NCBI RefSeq assembly: GCF_018977255.1
Contig: NW_024704743.1
Location: 57,972,001 to 58,036,000, forward strand
DNA length: 64,000 nucleotides
Direction: 5' to 3'
From: Callorhinchus milii
Taxonomy: Eukaryota
Shown: positions 51,881 to 64,000 of the stretch, one piece after another
How the letters are laid out: each line of letters starts with the position of its first letter
How positions within the stretch are numbered: position 1 is the stretch's first letter
The notes under the pieces: generated by a model
The model's database searches: none
Seen by the model: only the letters and a program-made list of their open reading frames with translations
Told to the model about the DNA's origin: nothing
Translations under genes and position numbers: made by a program

Positions 51881-52551
51881 ATTCGTGTAGCTGATCTTCT
51901 CTGTGAGGGGTTTTCAGACTTCATCCTGATGTGAAAGGTGCTACAGTGTATAAGGTGCAATAGTGTATTTTATTTGGTTGCACTTTCATCTTTTAATCAG
52001 AATGTTATGCGTTCAAGTTCCACTTCGGGACTCAAACTCACGTAGATTAAGATGACTTTCTAATAGAGTGTTTGTGTGTGTGTCGGTGGGCGTGGGTGGA
52101 GTTGTTATCCTTTGGTTAGAATGTTAAACTTCAGGTGGATGTTAAAGATCCCCTAGCACTACTGGAAGAGAGAAGGGAGTTGCTTCTCTTGTTGTGGCCA
52201 ACAATCTCCCAAATAAAATTGGTCATTCGAATTGAGGGTGGAGAGAGTTGAAGGCTGTGTTTGCTAAGCAGAGGGAGAAGCAGGGTGTAGAGGTCCAGGT
52301 GGAAAAAGAACTGAGGATCACCAAGATTGCACACTTTAAACACTTGGAGACCTCACCATGGGAAAGGCGCTATATAAATGTAAATTGTACTCATTGTATT
52401 AATTCAGTGAGTGTGAGAGAGAGGTCGGAGTCGTTGAGGAGGTCAGAGCCAGAAGTGATGAGACATTGGCAGGAGCTGATGAGGATAGCTTTTGTCTTGT
52501 CCATGTGGAGCTAAAATTGAGGCTCCACTAGGGCTTGATGTCTCACAGACA
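51562..52551. repeat. Inverted duplication: 324-bp arms 51562-51885 and 52228-52551, 342-bp spacer
   Basis: The arms read as exact reverse complements, and the ORF track shows identical 88-aa ORFs on opposite strands. Confidence 0.97.
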
Positions 52552-55500
52552 TGGCTGTTTGTTGAACATTGCTGTATGAAATTGGGCTGCTGTGTTTGCC
52601 TGCAAATTCATCCATTTCATAATAAATTCTGCGAAGCGTTTTGAGACATTCCGTTGATGTGAAGTTGGTTTACCAAATGCAATGATTCTTCTTATTATAT
52701 AAATGTAAAATTGTTAAAATTTCATACTTATTTATCATGGGAATTTATCAATGTGGTCGTTGTTACTGTGGCGATGTGGGGAAAATTCACGTGATCTAAT
52801 GGGAATGTTTAAACTGCCATCTGTGGTCCCAATAGTATACCTTAAAATTATTAAAACAAAATAAATTTAAAATAATTCAATTATATGAAAAACAGAATAG
52901 CAAAGGATGGATTGACTATTTTTTGCCTTCCAGTAGATATAATTCACTATGACATACGTGTGAGTTAATTGGTTAGGTCACTCATTGGAGATTACACATT
53001 TGATCAGTTACTCATTCAATTTCTTTTAACTGTATCTGCTAAAAATGTCTTCAATCAATTCTGAATCTGACAACAATATTGTCCTATTCTTCATTTTCAC
53101 GTTTCCCAAGATATTTAAGAGGAGGCTTGACGTTATTCAATGTGACTAAATTCTGTTTTATATCAAAACGCTTGGGAAATCCTCTTGACGTGAAAGGCGG
53201 TTTACCAAACGCAAGGGTTATCATTATTATTATATAAATGTAAAATTGTTAAAATTTCATACTTATTTATTATGGGATTTTATTAATGTGTTGGTTTATA
53301 TTACTTCCTAGCATAATAGGATAACATAGTGGCTGAAAATTTTCATCAAACATTTCTAATATAGAAATATAATAGAGATGTGTGTCATTGTTATTTGTCG
53401 TGTGTCATTGTGTGTCATCCTAGCTCAGTTGCTAGAATTTTCATTTCTGAGTCAGATGTTTGTGGATTGAAGCCCCAATGTTGGATTTTGAAATTGTAAG
53501 ATTATATTTATAATGGTTAATGTTTTTTAAGGCTTTTAATTAAAAGACTCACAAACTTGTTTTGCTGAACTAGAACTGATTCTATGCATCACAAAGACAT
53601 TGGTAACATCAGTGCACTTAAACTGCCAAGAACAAAAGGAATGTACCGACCTTAAAGGATATGTTTTTAACCCTACAATGAATAGTAAAAACAAGCTGTT
53701 GAATATCTCACTGCAGACTTGTCGTACGTGACTAAAAAGGTCTCAGTTTGGGAAGGAAGAAGACCAGTCTAACCGATTTTGAGATATTCTACAATCAACT
53801 TTGATCAAACCACGTTAACAAGTCAATTCGTAATCACAGTTGCTGTACCAATCTGATTAATTTATTGCACTGAATTTTATTACTTATGTCTTATGCTTTT
53901 GTGATTGCCCAAACCATAATTTTATTTACATTAATTGTGTCTTTATATTATTTACGTTCCCTATTAAGGGCTATCCAGGTGCAATCTGACCATTTACAGT
54001 TAGCTAGCTTAATAAATCATAGATAAAGGAGAGATCAAAAATCATATTTTCTCACTCTCAAAATGGTGACTGTAAGATTATATTTGTAATGCTTAATGTT
54101 TTTTAAGCCTTGTAATTACTCTTTATATACCTTTAGAATATAACCTACCCAAGTCCTTTAAAGAGGTTTGATTTAATGACTAGCTTAGCAGGAGTTAAAA
54201 GTAGCTTTGCTGGACGGGCTGAGGTTAGCTTCTGATTATATTTCATATTTTTCTGGGAAGATGTTCACTCCTCTGAGATAATGAGCAATCGGGTCCTTGA
54301 GCACAGATGTAAGGACAATGCACCACAGAAAGAAAAGGCTGCAGCCTCAGACACCTGCCTATCTCAAGGCTGAGAAACAATCAGACTGTGGAAGGCTGCC
54401 CAGAAGTTCTCCATATCTCTCTCTGTGCAAAGCAGCCTGCGAAGGGTGGGGGCTATGTCTGTGACAAGGCGAGATAGCATATTGTTCGAGTAAATAATGA
54501 TTATTAGCTCCTCTGATGGCTTGATGAATTTATTCAGTACTGTGGTTTGAGTTTGTGCTTTGTTAGCTGATCTCAATGGGGCAACAGCAGGAGTATTACA
54601 GTTGACCCCAATGTGCAATGTTGCCCAGTAGAAATCACTGACTAGCCACAGGCGTGGCTATCGCAACACCATCTTAGCCACATGCACAAATTTTACTTGA
54701 TTAGAGATGTATACAGTACAATACTTCACATGTATGTTTAAGTATATATTTATATAACAAACATCGACCACCATTTTGTGTGAACCATTGCAGTCCTTCT
54801 CTTTCACTAAAGTTTGGAATTCTGACATGAGTTTATCAGACACAGCACACCTTAATGTGGCTTCATTGCGTCTTCATTCTTCTTTCACAAGACATACCAG
54901 ACTCACTCCCCGCCCCGCTCTCCATCCAGTTGGATGCTCCTTTGCCATGATGTGCCCTGTTGGAGCTTGCTTTTATTCTGCTGGCCAGGAGAGTTTATTC
55001 CGATTAGTCGAGCTGACTATGATTGACAGCTCCCCTCTCCATACACTATTGCTGATGTTTCCATGGTGCTGAAATCCAGTGTTTTCACCCACGTTACACA
55101 CCATTTTAGCAGATAATCAATAACCAATGAAGTAAAGCACACACAACAATCAAAAAAACACTCTCACACACACTGCTTTTCCTCTTACCATTTTACCAAC
55201 AAATGCACAAAAAGGTGAAGGCACACATGAATCCACCATGCGAATATGAATATTTAGATGGATGCGCAACAACATTGTCTATTACTCATTTGTATTTACT
55301 AATCCAAATTGCAATTTAGCAACATCTGGATTGCCAATATGCCACATGTGACTGGTGACTAATGTGTTGCACAACCCTGGGTTAGAGAAGGGAAAATTAG
55401 TTAGAGTTCATGCTCTGATCATTATCAGCAATCGTTGCTGGGAGAGGGAGGACGTTTGTATGGAGATCGAAATGGACTCAGCTGTGATGCTCAGTGGATA

Positions 55501-55660
55501 CCAGCTAAAAAGAAAAATGTTATAAATGTTTTCATTTTGAAGGTTACTGATGGCGTCTGTTAGTATTGTTAAATACCACCAATGGTGTTGATTGATGCAG
55601 ATGTATTTTTAAATAAGTAAATGCACTATATAATGCTGCAATTTTTTGTTGTGGTTTCAG

Positions 55661-55749
55661 TTGATTCCTCTGCTTCTTTTCATTGGATCTGGAGCTTTTG
55701 GTGCAAGCTTTTACGTTATGCGTTTGGCAATGTTCAGCCCTGATGTCAG
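55661..55749 (+). CDS. NDUFA4: NDUFA4 exon 2, transmembrane helix (LIPLLLFIGSGAFGASFYVMRLAMFSPDVS)
   Basis: 89 bp, tttcag/gtagg boundaries. Confidence 0.95.
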
Positions 55750-55851
55750 GTAGGGAAATAACATAATATTATCCCAATCTTAGTGTAGTATATTGTGTTT
55801 GTTCACTCAGGCATCTTCAATCTTGTACATCTTTCCCTTTTTTCTTGACAG

Positions 55852-55912
55852 CTGGGACAAAAAGAATAACCCTGAACCATGGAACAGACTTGGCCCTAAA
55901 GATCAATATAAG
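55852..55912 (+). CDS. NDUFA4: NDUFA4 exon 3 ([20 protein letters not shown])
   Basis: 61 bp, gacag/gtatc boundaries, NPEPWN signature. Confidence 0.96.
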
Positions 55913-56913
55913 GTATCTTAAATAAATAATAAATAACCCTTACATTTGACATAATTTAATATTACTCCTTTCATGTCAGGTGGACACCTCACAGTGTTTT
56001 GCAGAATACATTTTATGGGCACGCATTGAGACTGTCCTGAATGAGTGTTGAATGTGACATTGTCTTTATTTACAGTAATAATAACATTCTTTGGATTTGA
56101 TATAGTGCCTTATCACGTCTTTGAGACATCTCAAAGTGTTTCACAGAATATAATGTAAAGTGTAGTGACTGAAGTGAATAACTAATTTTATCTAGGAGAT
56201 TGTTGTCCAGGACACCGGGTGAATCAGTGGTGTGGGACGGTCAGAGTTGCAGGTGAGGGTGAGAGAGAGAGCCACAAAACATACCCTAGACAAGTATAGA
56301 TAAGTAATAGATAATAAAAGATAATGAGAATTCGCAGCAATCCATTTAACTGTTGGTCTCACTTTCAAACATTTTTTGATTTATTTCTTCCATCCTTCTC
56401 TCTTCTTCCCCTCTCTTTAACCTTTTCCACTCTCCTTGAAAAGAAATAATAATTTGGTCACTCACTCCACGACTGTTTGTGGGACACTGCTGTGCGCAAT
56501 TGGCTGGCACGTTTCATCCACAAAATATACAGTCAATTCACTTTATAGTATATTCTGTGAAGCGCTTTGAGATGTCTTGAAGATGCTATGGTGCTATATC
56601 AAATGCAAGGATTATTATTATTAAATTCCCTTCCTTCTTTAAACAGTGCCATGGGATTTTTAGCTTCCACCTGTATGGGACATTAGTTTAGCATCTTATC
56701 CAAAGAATGGTACCTCTGACAATACAACCGTGAGTTCAATGTCCCGCAATAGGGCCTTGAACTCACAACTCTCTGACTCAAAGGCAAGAGTGCTACTGGC
56801 TGAGTCAAGACTGATATCTTTGGAAGCATCCTCTAAAATTCATGATGTACTAATCATAACATAGCAAAAGAACTGTAGAATTATTGATTAATGATTTATT
56901 CTTACATTGACAG

Positions 56914-56970
56914 TTTGTAGCAGTCAACGCAGATTACACCAAGCTTGAGAAGGACCGTCCTGACTTCTAA
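56914..56970 (+). CDS. NDUFA4: NDUFA4 exon 4 coding part (FVAVNADYTKLEKDRPDF*)
   Basis: gacag acceptor, RPDF-stop C-terminus, 82 aa in total. Head-to-head synteny with PHF14 favours NDUFA4 over its paralogues. Confidence 0.95.
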   Translation, partial: FVAVNADYTKLEKDRPDF

Positions 56971-57144
56971 ATGATTGAAGAATGTGATTTTGCCTTTGTT
57001 CCAATGCAACGCCTAACATAAGCTAGCTCTGGAATGCATTGCTTTAAATGATAAACTATCAATTGATCGATTATCTAAAAATAGCCTTTGAAGGGATTGT
57101 AATCAATGTAACTGATTGAATACCTGATGCTATATAGGTCAATC

Positions 57145-57150
57145 ATTAAA
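57145..57150 (+). terminator. Candidate NDUFA4 polyadenylation signal ATTAAA
   Basis: First ATTAAA about 175 nt after the stop, with a GT/T-rich tract downstream. Further ATTAAA sites at ~57227 and 57295. Confidence 0.45.
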
Positions 57151-57439
57151 AGGCCTTAAAGCTCTCTGAGTTTCGTTCTTTCAGAATACATAATATATTT
57201 TACTCTCACTCAAGTTACATGGAGAGATTAAATGTAATATGTTGGGATTCGGCTACTTTTGTATAGACTGAAATGATGCTGGTTGTTGACTAACATTAAA
57301 AAGTGCATTTGTGACAAATAATGTGGTGTCCAATAACATGAAGTCAGAGAGCAAATTGTACTTTTTACATGTTTTCATAGGACTTAACATCACAAAAGAT
57401 AGGCTCATATTTGAGGAGTCAAAACATTTCGATTATTCA

Positions 57440-57705
57440 AAATAATAATAATTCTTATGTAGGATATAACACCCATCACTTCTGGTTAACATCTCAAAGC
57501 ACTTTACAGGATTTACTGTAAAGTGCAGTGACTGTATTTTGTAGGCAAACAGGCAACCAATTCGCACAGAGTAATGTCCCATAAACAGCCATGAAATGAA
57601 TGAGCAATTTTATTTGTTGGCCAGGATTGTTGGTCATCTCTTTTCAAATAGTGCCATGAGATCTTTAACATCCACCTGAATAGACAGATGGGACCTTGGT
57701 TTTAC
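57440..57705 (-). mobile_element. Deu-core SINE 3' part (similar pieces at ~50030-50260, 56640-56810, 60490-60810)
   Basis: Reverse core ATAGTGCCATG.GATCTTTAACATCCACCTGA. Confidence 0.65.
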
Positions 57706-57711
57706 CTTTGG

Positions 57712-59525
57712 GCGTCCTCCCACAATGACCTATCCTCCTCGGTCATCCTTATCCACAGCTCCCTCTCCTCCACTCTCGATTCCCTCGTTCTCCGCTCTTC
57801 CTGAACTGTCTCCTACTCACGCAAATCACCTTGGTATACCAGCTATCTACATTCCCTTAAAGCCCAGGCGCGTTCTGCTGAGCGCACCTGGCTTAAATCA
57901 AACCTAACTGTCCACCGACAGATTTGACTGGACCATGTCAAATCCTCTGCTCGCCCTCACCTTCGCTAAATCGTTACTCTACTCCAAGACAGTCTTGGAG
58001 GCTAAGGACACCCATCCGCACCTCAAATGCCAACTGTGAGGCGATGCTAGACTTCCTCGAATCCAAAGTCAAGGGAGTCTGCTCAGCTGCCTCTGGCACT
58101 GCAACTGCTACCCACTTCCCATCTCCTCCTCCGACCCCGACCCCTACCCACTCCTAACTTCCACACCTTTGAACCTGTCTCCCCCTCCTCTCTCATCACC
58201 ATCATAACGCACATGAAACCCACCACCTGCTCCCACCCCACTCCTTACCTCCCAACTCCATCTCCTTGCCCCTCTGCTCACTGACATGGTTAACCTCTCT
58301 CTGTCCTCTGGTTCTGTTCCCACCCCTTTAAAAACTGCTGTCATCATTCCTATCCTTAAAAAACCCTCCCTGAACCCTTCTCTACACCCTAACTGCCAAC
58401 CCATCTCCAACCTCCCCTTCCTCTCCAAGGTCCTGGAACGAGTTGTTGCTTCTCAGCTTTGCTCCTTCCTTTCCCGCCACTCCCTTCTCGAACCCCTCCA
58501 ATCGGGTTTCCGTGTCACCCACAGCACAGCAACCGCCCTGGTCAAAGTGACAAATGACATTCTGTCCATCTGCGATCAGGGCTCCCTCTACCTCCTCGTC
58601 TTCCTTGACCTCTCTGCTGCTTTTGACACCGCCGACCACTCTATCCTCATCCACCATCTCTCTCACCTCAACAACCATGGTGCTCCTTGATTGGTTCAGA
58701 TTGTACCTCACACACCGCCTGCACTTCATCTCCTCAAACGGCTTCTCGTCTAGCCCCAGCACCATCTCGTGCGGCATTCCTCAGGGCTCTGTCTTTGGTC
58801 CCCTCCTCTTCAATATCTATATGCTCCCTCTTGGTGACATCATCCACAGACATGGGGTAAACCTCACCGTAACATTGCCCGACTCCGCCACTACCTCACC
58901 CCTCAGGCCGCTGAAACTCTTGTTCATGTCTTCATCACCCTCAGGCTCGACTATGCAAACGCCCTGCTTGTCGGCCTTCCCAACTCCTCCCTCCACAGGC
59001 TGCAGATAATCCAGAACTCTGAAGTCTGTGTCCTCTCCCGCACTAAACTCCGTGACCCCATCTCCCCCACTCTCGCCCGACTCCACTGGCTCCCTATCCT
59101 TCAGAGGATCCAGTTCAAGATCCTGGTCCTCATATACAAAGCCCTCCATGGCCGTGCCCTAACCTACCTCTGCGACCTCCTAACCCCCTACCAACCCGCC
59201 TGTTCCCTCCGCTCAGCCGGCTCTGGCCTGCTCCACATGCCCTGACCCACCATTGGTGGGAGAGCCTTCAGCCACTCTGCCCCCAACTTCTGGAATTCCA
59301 TCTCCCTGTCACTCCGCCTCGCCCCCTCCTTAGCCTCCTTCAAGTCCCGCCTCAAGACCCTCCTCTTCGACCATGCCATCGGCCACCCCCCTTCCCCTCC
59401 CTCCCTTTCCCCTACCTAACCCCAGCTCGGGTCTGAAGTGCTATACTCTGTCCAGCGCCTTGGGATGTCTGCCCGACTTGAAAAGCGCTATACAAATGTA
59501 ATCTTGCTGTTGTTGAAGTTGTTGC
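57712..59525 (+). mobile_element. L2 LINE fragment with internal deletion
   Basis: [24 protein letters not shown] and GIPQGS motifs; 3' stem-loop and (TTG)n tail. Confidence 0.92.
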
Positions 59526-60487
59526 TGTATGTGGATGACATCCAACTCTACCTCTCTGCCTCCACCCTCGACTCCAGGACCACTGCTGTTCTGACAGAAT
59601 GTTTGTCAGAGATTAAGTCCTGGATGAGAGCTAACTTTCTTCAGTTGAACGTCAACAAGACCGAGGCTCTCCTGATTGACTCCCGTCAACGCCTCCTCAC
59701 CTCAGGCACTGACAATATCACCATCCATGGTTGCACACTGTACCTTGCTAAGCAAGTCCGGAACCTTGGGGTCTTGTTTGACCCTAAACTATCCTTTCTA
59801 CCCCACATTTGCCCCATGACGCACTCTGCCTTCCTCCACCTGCGCAATGTCACCCAGCTCCGACACTGTCTCACACCACAGGCCACCGAAACCCTCATAT
59901 ATTGAGGCTCATCTATGCAAACTCACTGCTTGTCGGCCTCCCCAACTCCTCCCACCACAGGCTGCAGATCATCCAGAACTCTGCAGCCCATGTCCTCTCC
60001 CGCACTAGGCTCCATGACCCTATCACCCCCATCCTTGCCCAACTCCACTGGCTTCCCATCACTCAGAGAGGATACAGTTCAAAATCCTGGTCCTCACCTT
60101 CAAAGCCCTCCATGGTCTTGCTTCCGTCTACCTCTGCGGTGTCCTGAACCCCAACTGCCCTATTCAACTTCACTCAGTGGGTTCCGGCCTGTTTCACGTC
60201 CCCTACCTTACTCGCCCCACTATCGGCGGGCAGGCCTTCTGCCACTGTGCACCCACCCTCTGGAACTCCATCCCGCAGTCCCTCCATCTCTCCTACTCCC
60301 TCATCATTTTCAAGACCCACCTCAAGACCCTCCTCTTCAACCGTGCTTTCGATCTCCCTGCTTCCCCCCTGACCTCCCCCATCCCCCACCCCGACCCTCA
60401 GCTCGAGTCCGTAACTCTGTCTGTCCAGCGTCTTGGGACGTCCTCCCGACATGAAGGCGCTATACAAATGTAATTTTGTTGTTGCTG
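59526..60487 (+). mobile_element. L2 LINE 3' fragment abutting the tail of the previous copy
   Basis: Begins at the YVDDIQLYLS motif directly after (TTG)n and has its own tail. Confidence 0.92.
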
Positions 60488-61039
60488 TTTACCTCTCATC
60501 TGAAGGTACCTCTAACAATGCAGCAAACACCCAGCACTACATTTGAGTAACAATATATGAGTTCCAAGTCCTGACATGGGGCTTCAACCCACAACCTTCT
60601 GACGTGAACAGTGCCATGGGATCTTTAATATTCAACAGAACAGGCAGATTGGACTTCCATTTAATACCTCATCTGAAGAATAGCACCTCCAACCTGCAGC
60701 ACTGTATTGGATTGTCAGGATAGACTATACAAGTACAAAGCTCCCCATGGGACGTGAACCCATGACTTCTGACTGAGAGACGAGAATGCTACCATCTAAG
60801 TTAGGCTGATACAATTGAATTAGGTGCCAAAGAAACTGATATACAGGAACAGTGTAACTCATTAACCTTTTGTAGAGACATTACCCAACTGATGACTTGC
60901 TTGAGGGTCACGCTCTGGTGTGCTTCATTTTCCTGTATCCTGGAGTTGTGAGACATTTGTCTGTATACAGTGAGTTCTTTATTTCAATTGTCCATGGTGC
61001 CCTGTTGCTAAATGGAGGCCATACAACTCAATACTTGAT

Positions 61040-61300
61040 GCACACACATCTTTTAAAGTTTGATTTGTGAACAATATCAGTTTGGAGCAGTCTGGGGTTC
61101 TGCTATTTCATGTCATGGTAGGTTGTGGTTTCCAGATTTGATTTGCTACATGGCTCATTATGTCAAGTGACCAGGGAAGATGCTAGCAGAGACTCACAGA
61201 AGCTTCTGAATAAGGAAGGAAGAATCATTGGGTGATGAATTGCAGGATGTTCTGCAAATAGCGTTTGGCAGAAGCCTGGGATCATGTCTTCTAACCATCC
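61040..61300 (-). mobile_element. Possible highly decayed RTE-type LINE remnant
   Basis: Weak resemblance only (RYLQNILQ; PKLILF-like). Confidence 0.25.
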
Positions 61301-61404
61301 TCTTAATTGAGGATTGGTTGGGGTGAAATTACAATAGATCATGAATAGAGTACAGTATAATCTTCTAATTAGTCATAAAACCACATTCCTGCCACCTTTT
61401 ATTT

Positions 61405-61560
61405 CATAGAATCATAGAATCCTACAGCATAGAAGGAGGCCATATGGCCCATCATTCACGTCCTGGCTCTTTGAAAGAGCTATCCAATTAATCCCATTCC
61501 CCTGCTCTTTCCCCATATCCTAGCAATTTTTGTCTTTTCAAGTATCTATCCAATTCCCCA
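61405..61560 (-). mobile_element. CR1 3' tail
   Basis: (CATAGAAT)2 terminal repeat followed by CR1-type 3' UTR sequence. Confidence 0.7.
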
Positions 61561-62139
61561 AAAAGTTATCTTTAATTTAATTTATTATTTTATTTACGTG
61601 TATTAATTCATCTTCTCAAGAAGGCTGTCACCAAGTATCTATTAGCACATTCCTTTTCATGAAATCTTGGATCTATTTCAAGGACCCTGGTACTGATTGA
61701 TTTGACCCTTATGCCTAAAGGCACTTTTTTCCCTCTTCCAACACATTCATTTGCAAATCCTGCCGAGCTTTAGTTTCAGACATGGACCTGCACTTCCAAT
61801 TAAGGAGAGCTATTTTGTTGGCCACCGATATTGCCAGCCGAACTAATTCACAACTCCTTCTGGGGATAATCAAACTAAACTCAATAATTCTCAAAATAAT
61901 CACTGTATCATGTGAAACCACTTTGGCTAGTCAGAATTAGTATGTGGGTACTAAATGGGCAGGCATATTAGTACCCACATATGCACCTACCCACACAGTA
62001 TCCACATTCCTCCACCTTCAGCTTTCATCACTGTATGGATTTCCGAGGATGTTACCAGGCATGAGTGGATACAACTGTCAAGGAAAATTGCACAGGCTTT
62101 AGCTTTTCTTTCTCGAGTTCAGATGATTGAGAGGGTTCC

Positions 62140-62470
62140 TGATAGAGGTTTTTAAAATTGTTAAAGGACTAGATAAAATGGATGCAGATAGGCTACTTCC
62201 ACTTGCTCATGAGTCCGAAATTAGAGAGCATAAATATAAGTTAGCTCATAGTAGATCTAGTAGGGAGTTTGGGAGGAACTTAGGGTAGTAAGCATGTGGA
62301 AGTCACTGCTGAAAACTGCAAATAGCATCAGTATATTTAAGGGAAATCCTGATCCATCTATGAGGGAGAAGGGAATATAGAGATGTCAATGAGGAGAACA
62401 GAAGATATGGGGCCTTGTGTAGTGTATAAACACCAGCATGGACTAGTTGCATTTGTGCCATATCACTATG
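62140..62470 (+). mobile_element. CR1 3' fragment
   Basis: LIEVF.IVKGLDKMDADRLLP..E.E.R.HKYKL remnant. Confidence 0.72.
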
Positions 62471-62984
62471 TAATTCTATTTAACTCTATATGTGATATTC
62501 CCAGCCTTTACAAGCATGATATTTTGGAGGAGTATAGTAAATGCAGGATTTTACACTGGATTAACTTTAATTTAGAATTCACAATTGTGACCTGTGTCAC
62601 ACCAATAAAAGTGAGATGCCCAATCCAGATTGCAAAGCAATTACTGTATTTGCTTTTGAGTCCCAAATTCAGGTTAGTACTCTGGAACTTCATCACCACT
62701 TTAGACTACTCACCAACCTTTTATGGTTTCTTACAAAACATCCTTCTCATTCTTGTTTAATAGGTATGAAGCCATTATTTTAAATAGCCATTGAAAATAA
62801 TTGTAATCACAGGAAAGTCTGACTGCTAGAAATGATAAATTTCACAGCATCCCATTTGTAAAAGGCTACTGTACTAATCACCAGTTCAGAGGGTTTCCTC
62901 TTTCTTTTGAAATGTCTATGTTAGAGTAATCTCAAAATCCTCAATGCAAGCAGGTTATCGGGCTCCATTCACATAAAATAATCC

Positions 62985-63235
62985 TAAAATAATCCTTGCA
63001 ATTGGTATAGCGCCTTTCACATCAGGAGGACGTCATATAGCGCCACACAGGATTTAGTGTAAAGTGTAGTGACTGTTTACTTGTAGGCAGACATGGCAGC
63101 CCATACAAAGTCCCACAAACAACCATGAAATAAATCACCAATTTTATTTGGGGGATTGTTGGCCAGGACACCAGGAGAAATTCCCTTTTCTTTTTAAATA
63201 GCGCCATGGGATTTTTAACGTCTTCCTGAACAGAA
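62985..63235 (-). mobile_element. Deu-core SINE 3' part
   Basis: Reverse tail plus core. Confidence 0.68.
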
Positions 63236-64000
63236 AAATAAAATAGACTGCAGTTCTTGATACTTTTAAGAGAGCAGTGATTGAATGATTCTGTCCACCC
63301 AACCAGATGAAACAAAAATGCAGGGTAATAAACAGAGATCTAATGTGCCGATTCCGCATTCTGTTTCTTTTTTATAGTTTAGCCATGGGAGCTTTTTTTT
63401 AAATCAAATAAAATCAGTGTGATTCCTACACAATTGCTAGCATGTATTCCCGGGTGATATCTTGCATAAATAATTTTTGTGGAACACAAATTTTAGTTAG
63501 CTTGCTGTTGCCCCATCAGCATAGCATTTTCCACCATTCTGTTTTAATCTTGTTCAATATCGGAATTGGGTAAACAAATCAAGCCTAAGACGATAACAAT
63601 TCTCAAATGCTTGAGGCCTGTGGACCTGGACACAAAAGAAGTACATTTAATATATGGTACCTCAAATAGGTCCAGTTAATCTTTCATCCTGGAAGGTATG
63701 AAAAAGCGTCAGTTAATTGTAATGTATATACATCTGCTGTCCCATCTGGGCTTTTTGTCACAGTTCACGCTGTTCACCTATTGTGGATTTCAGGATTTTT
63801 TCAGATTGCTCAAGGAAAAAATAAGAAACAATTGGAGTTAACTGATAAGAAAGCAGTCAATTTTTAAAGGCTATCCATGGGAGTGTCATACAAAATACTG
63901 ACCCAACTATAAAAACACTATTATGTAAAACACCTAATCCTACTCTTTTGATATAAAAGCATTACTCAACTCATTAAATTTTTAAAGCGTCTTTCACGTC

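Noticed and set aside
51599..52514. Duplicated 88-aa gene pair
   Set aside because: These are antisense ORFs of decayed L2 sequence, duplicated by the inversion.

Overview
Vertebrate genomic DNA. The repeat content (L2 and CR1 LINEs, Deu-core and tRNA-Ala SINEs) suggests a cartilaginous fish; the taxon is inferred, not proven. The window holds two head-to-head genes. PHF14 (minus strand) has nine coding exons between 38364 and 1402 with consistent GT-AG sites and phases, a candidate first exon near 43.85-44.1 kb, and continues past the left edge. NDUFA4/COXFA4 (plus strand) has four exons, 45082-56970, encoding 82 aa. Nearly all other ORFs in the track are fragments or antisense shadows of retroelements or simple repeats. 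I see no evidence of a new multi-gene system. The main oddities are: (1) the ~1.1 kb shared promoter is mostly two strand-asymmetric pentamer arrays that resemble Ig switch DNA on the minus strand; (2) the intron-split PHF14 start codon position reads A|TT rather than A|TG, with a candidate in-frame ATG 40 codons upstream; (3) an apparently perfect 324-bp inverted duplication sits inside a SINE in NDUFA4 intron 1; (4) an unclassified repeat family with a terminal hairpin and A-tract occurs as seven fragments; (5) SINEs and L2 share a 3' stem-loop and show module shuffling. Comparisons to human genes are from memory, and repeat boundaries are approximate.
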